Part shown: positions 63,555 through 64,000 of the stretch, one piece after another
Numbering within the stretch: the stretch's first letter is position 1
Layout of the letters: every line of letters begins with the position of its first letter
From: the human T2T-CHM13v2.0 reference genome, Homo sapiens
Direction: 5' to 3' (one strand)
DNA length: 64,000 nt
Assembly (NCBI RefSeq): GCF_009914755.1
Contig: NC_060932.1
Notes under the pieces: generated by a model
Told to the model about the DNA's origin: nothing
What the model saw: only the letters and a program-made list of their open reading frames with translations
Databases searched by the model: none
Translations under genes and position numbers: made by a program

Positions 63555-64000
63555 CTTTGTGGTTTTATCTACTTTTGGTCTTTGATGATGGTGATGTACA
63601 GATGGGTTTTCCGTGTAGATGTCCTTTCTGGTTGTTAGTTTTCCTTCTAACAGACAGGACCCTCAGCTGCAGGTCTGTTGGAATACCCTGCCGTGTGAGG
63701 TGTCAGTGTGCCCCTGCTGGGGGGTGCCTCCCAGTTAGGCTGCTCGGGGGTCAGGAGTCAGGGACCCACTTGAGGAGGCAGTCTGTCTGCCCGTTCTCAG
63801 ATCTCCAGCTGCGTGCTGGGAGAACCACTGCTCTCTTCAAAGCTGTCAGACAGGGACACTTAAGTCTGCAGAGGTTACTGCTGTCTTTTTGTTTGTCTGT
63901 GCCCTGCCCCCAGAGGTGGAGCCTTCAGAGGCAGGCAGGCCTCCTTGAGCTGTGGTGGGCTCCACCCAGTTCGAGCTTCCCGGCTGCTTTGTTTACCTAA

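Noticed and set aside
63557-64000. 147-aa plus-strand ORF as possible L1 ORF0
   Set aside because: It is the antisense of the L1 5'UTR opened at a non-ATG codon; true ORF0 (MAGAPPP...) would begin just beyond the window end.

Overview
AT-rich, repeat-dense human genomic DNA (a human-specific L1HS-Ta element is present), intronic or intergenic in character, with no recognisable intact cellular protein-coding gene. Main contents: (i) a young L1HS Ta-1 on the - strand (58.4 kb to beyond the window end) with an open ORF1 carrying N142T and an ORF2 split by a single 4-bp deletion; (ii) a full-length, TSD-flanked, decayed L1PA5-like element (23.2-29.3 kb, +); (iii) a complete Tigger1 DNA transposon (19.0-22.2 kb) containing a processed TRAPPC2 (sedlin) pseudogene that the ORF track misses, plus an Alu arm; (iv) a MER52 solo LTR inside MER33, THE1 and MLT1 LTRs, MADE1, several Alus, MIR/L2 and old L1 fragments. 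The TRAPPC2 retrocopy suggests TRAPPC2P2/SEDLP2 on 8q13.3 near EYA1, which is an inference from memory and not verified. Several strong minus-strand exon-like segments, candidate enhancers and short non-TE duplications are flagged. I see no evidence for a genuinely new biological system. Repeat subfamily names come from remembered consensus sequences and should be confirmed with RepeatMasker/Dfam.
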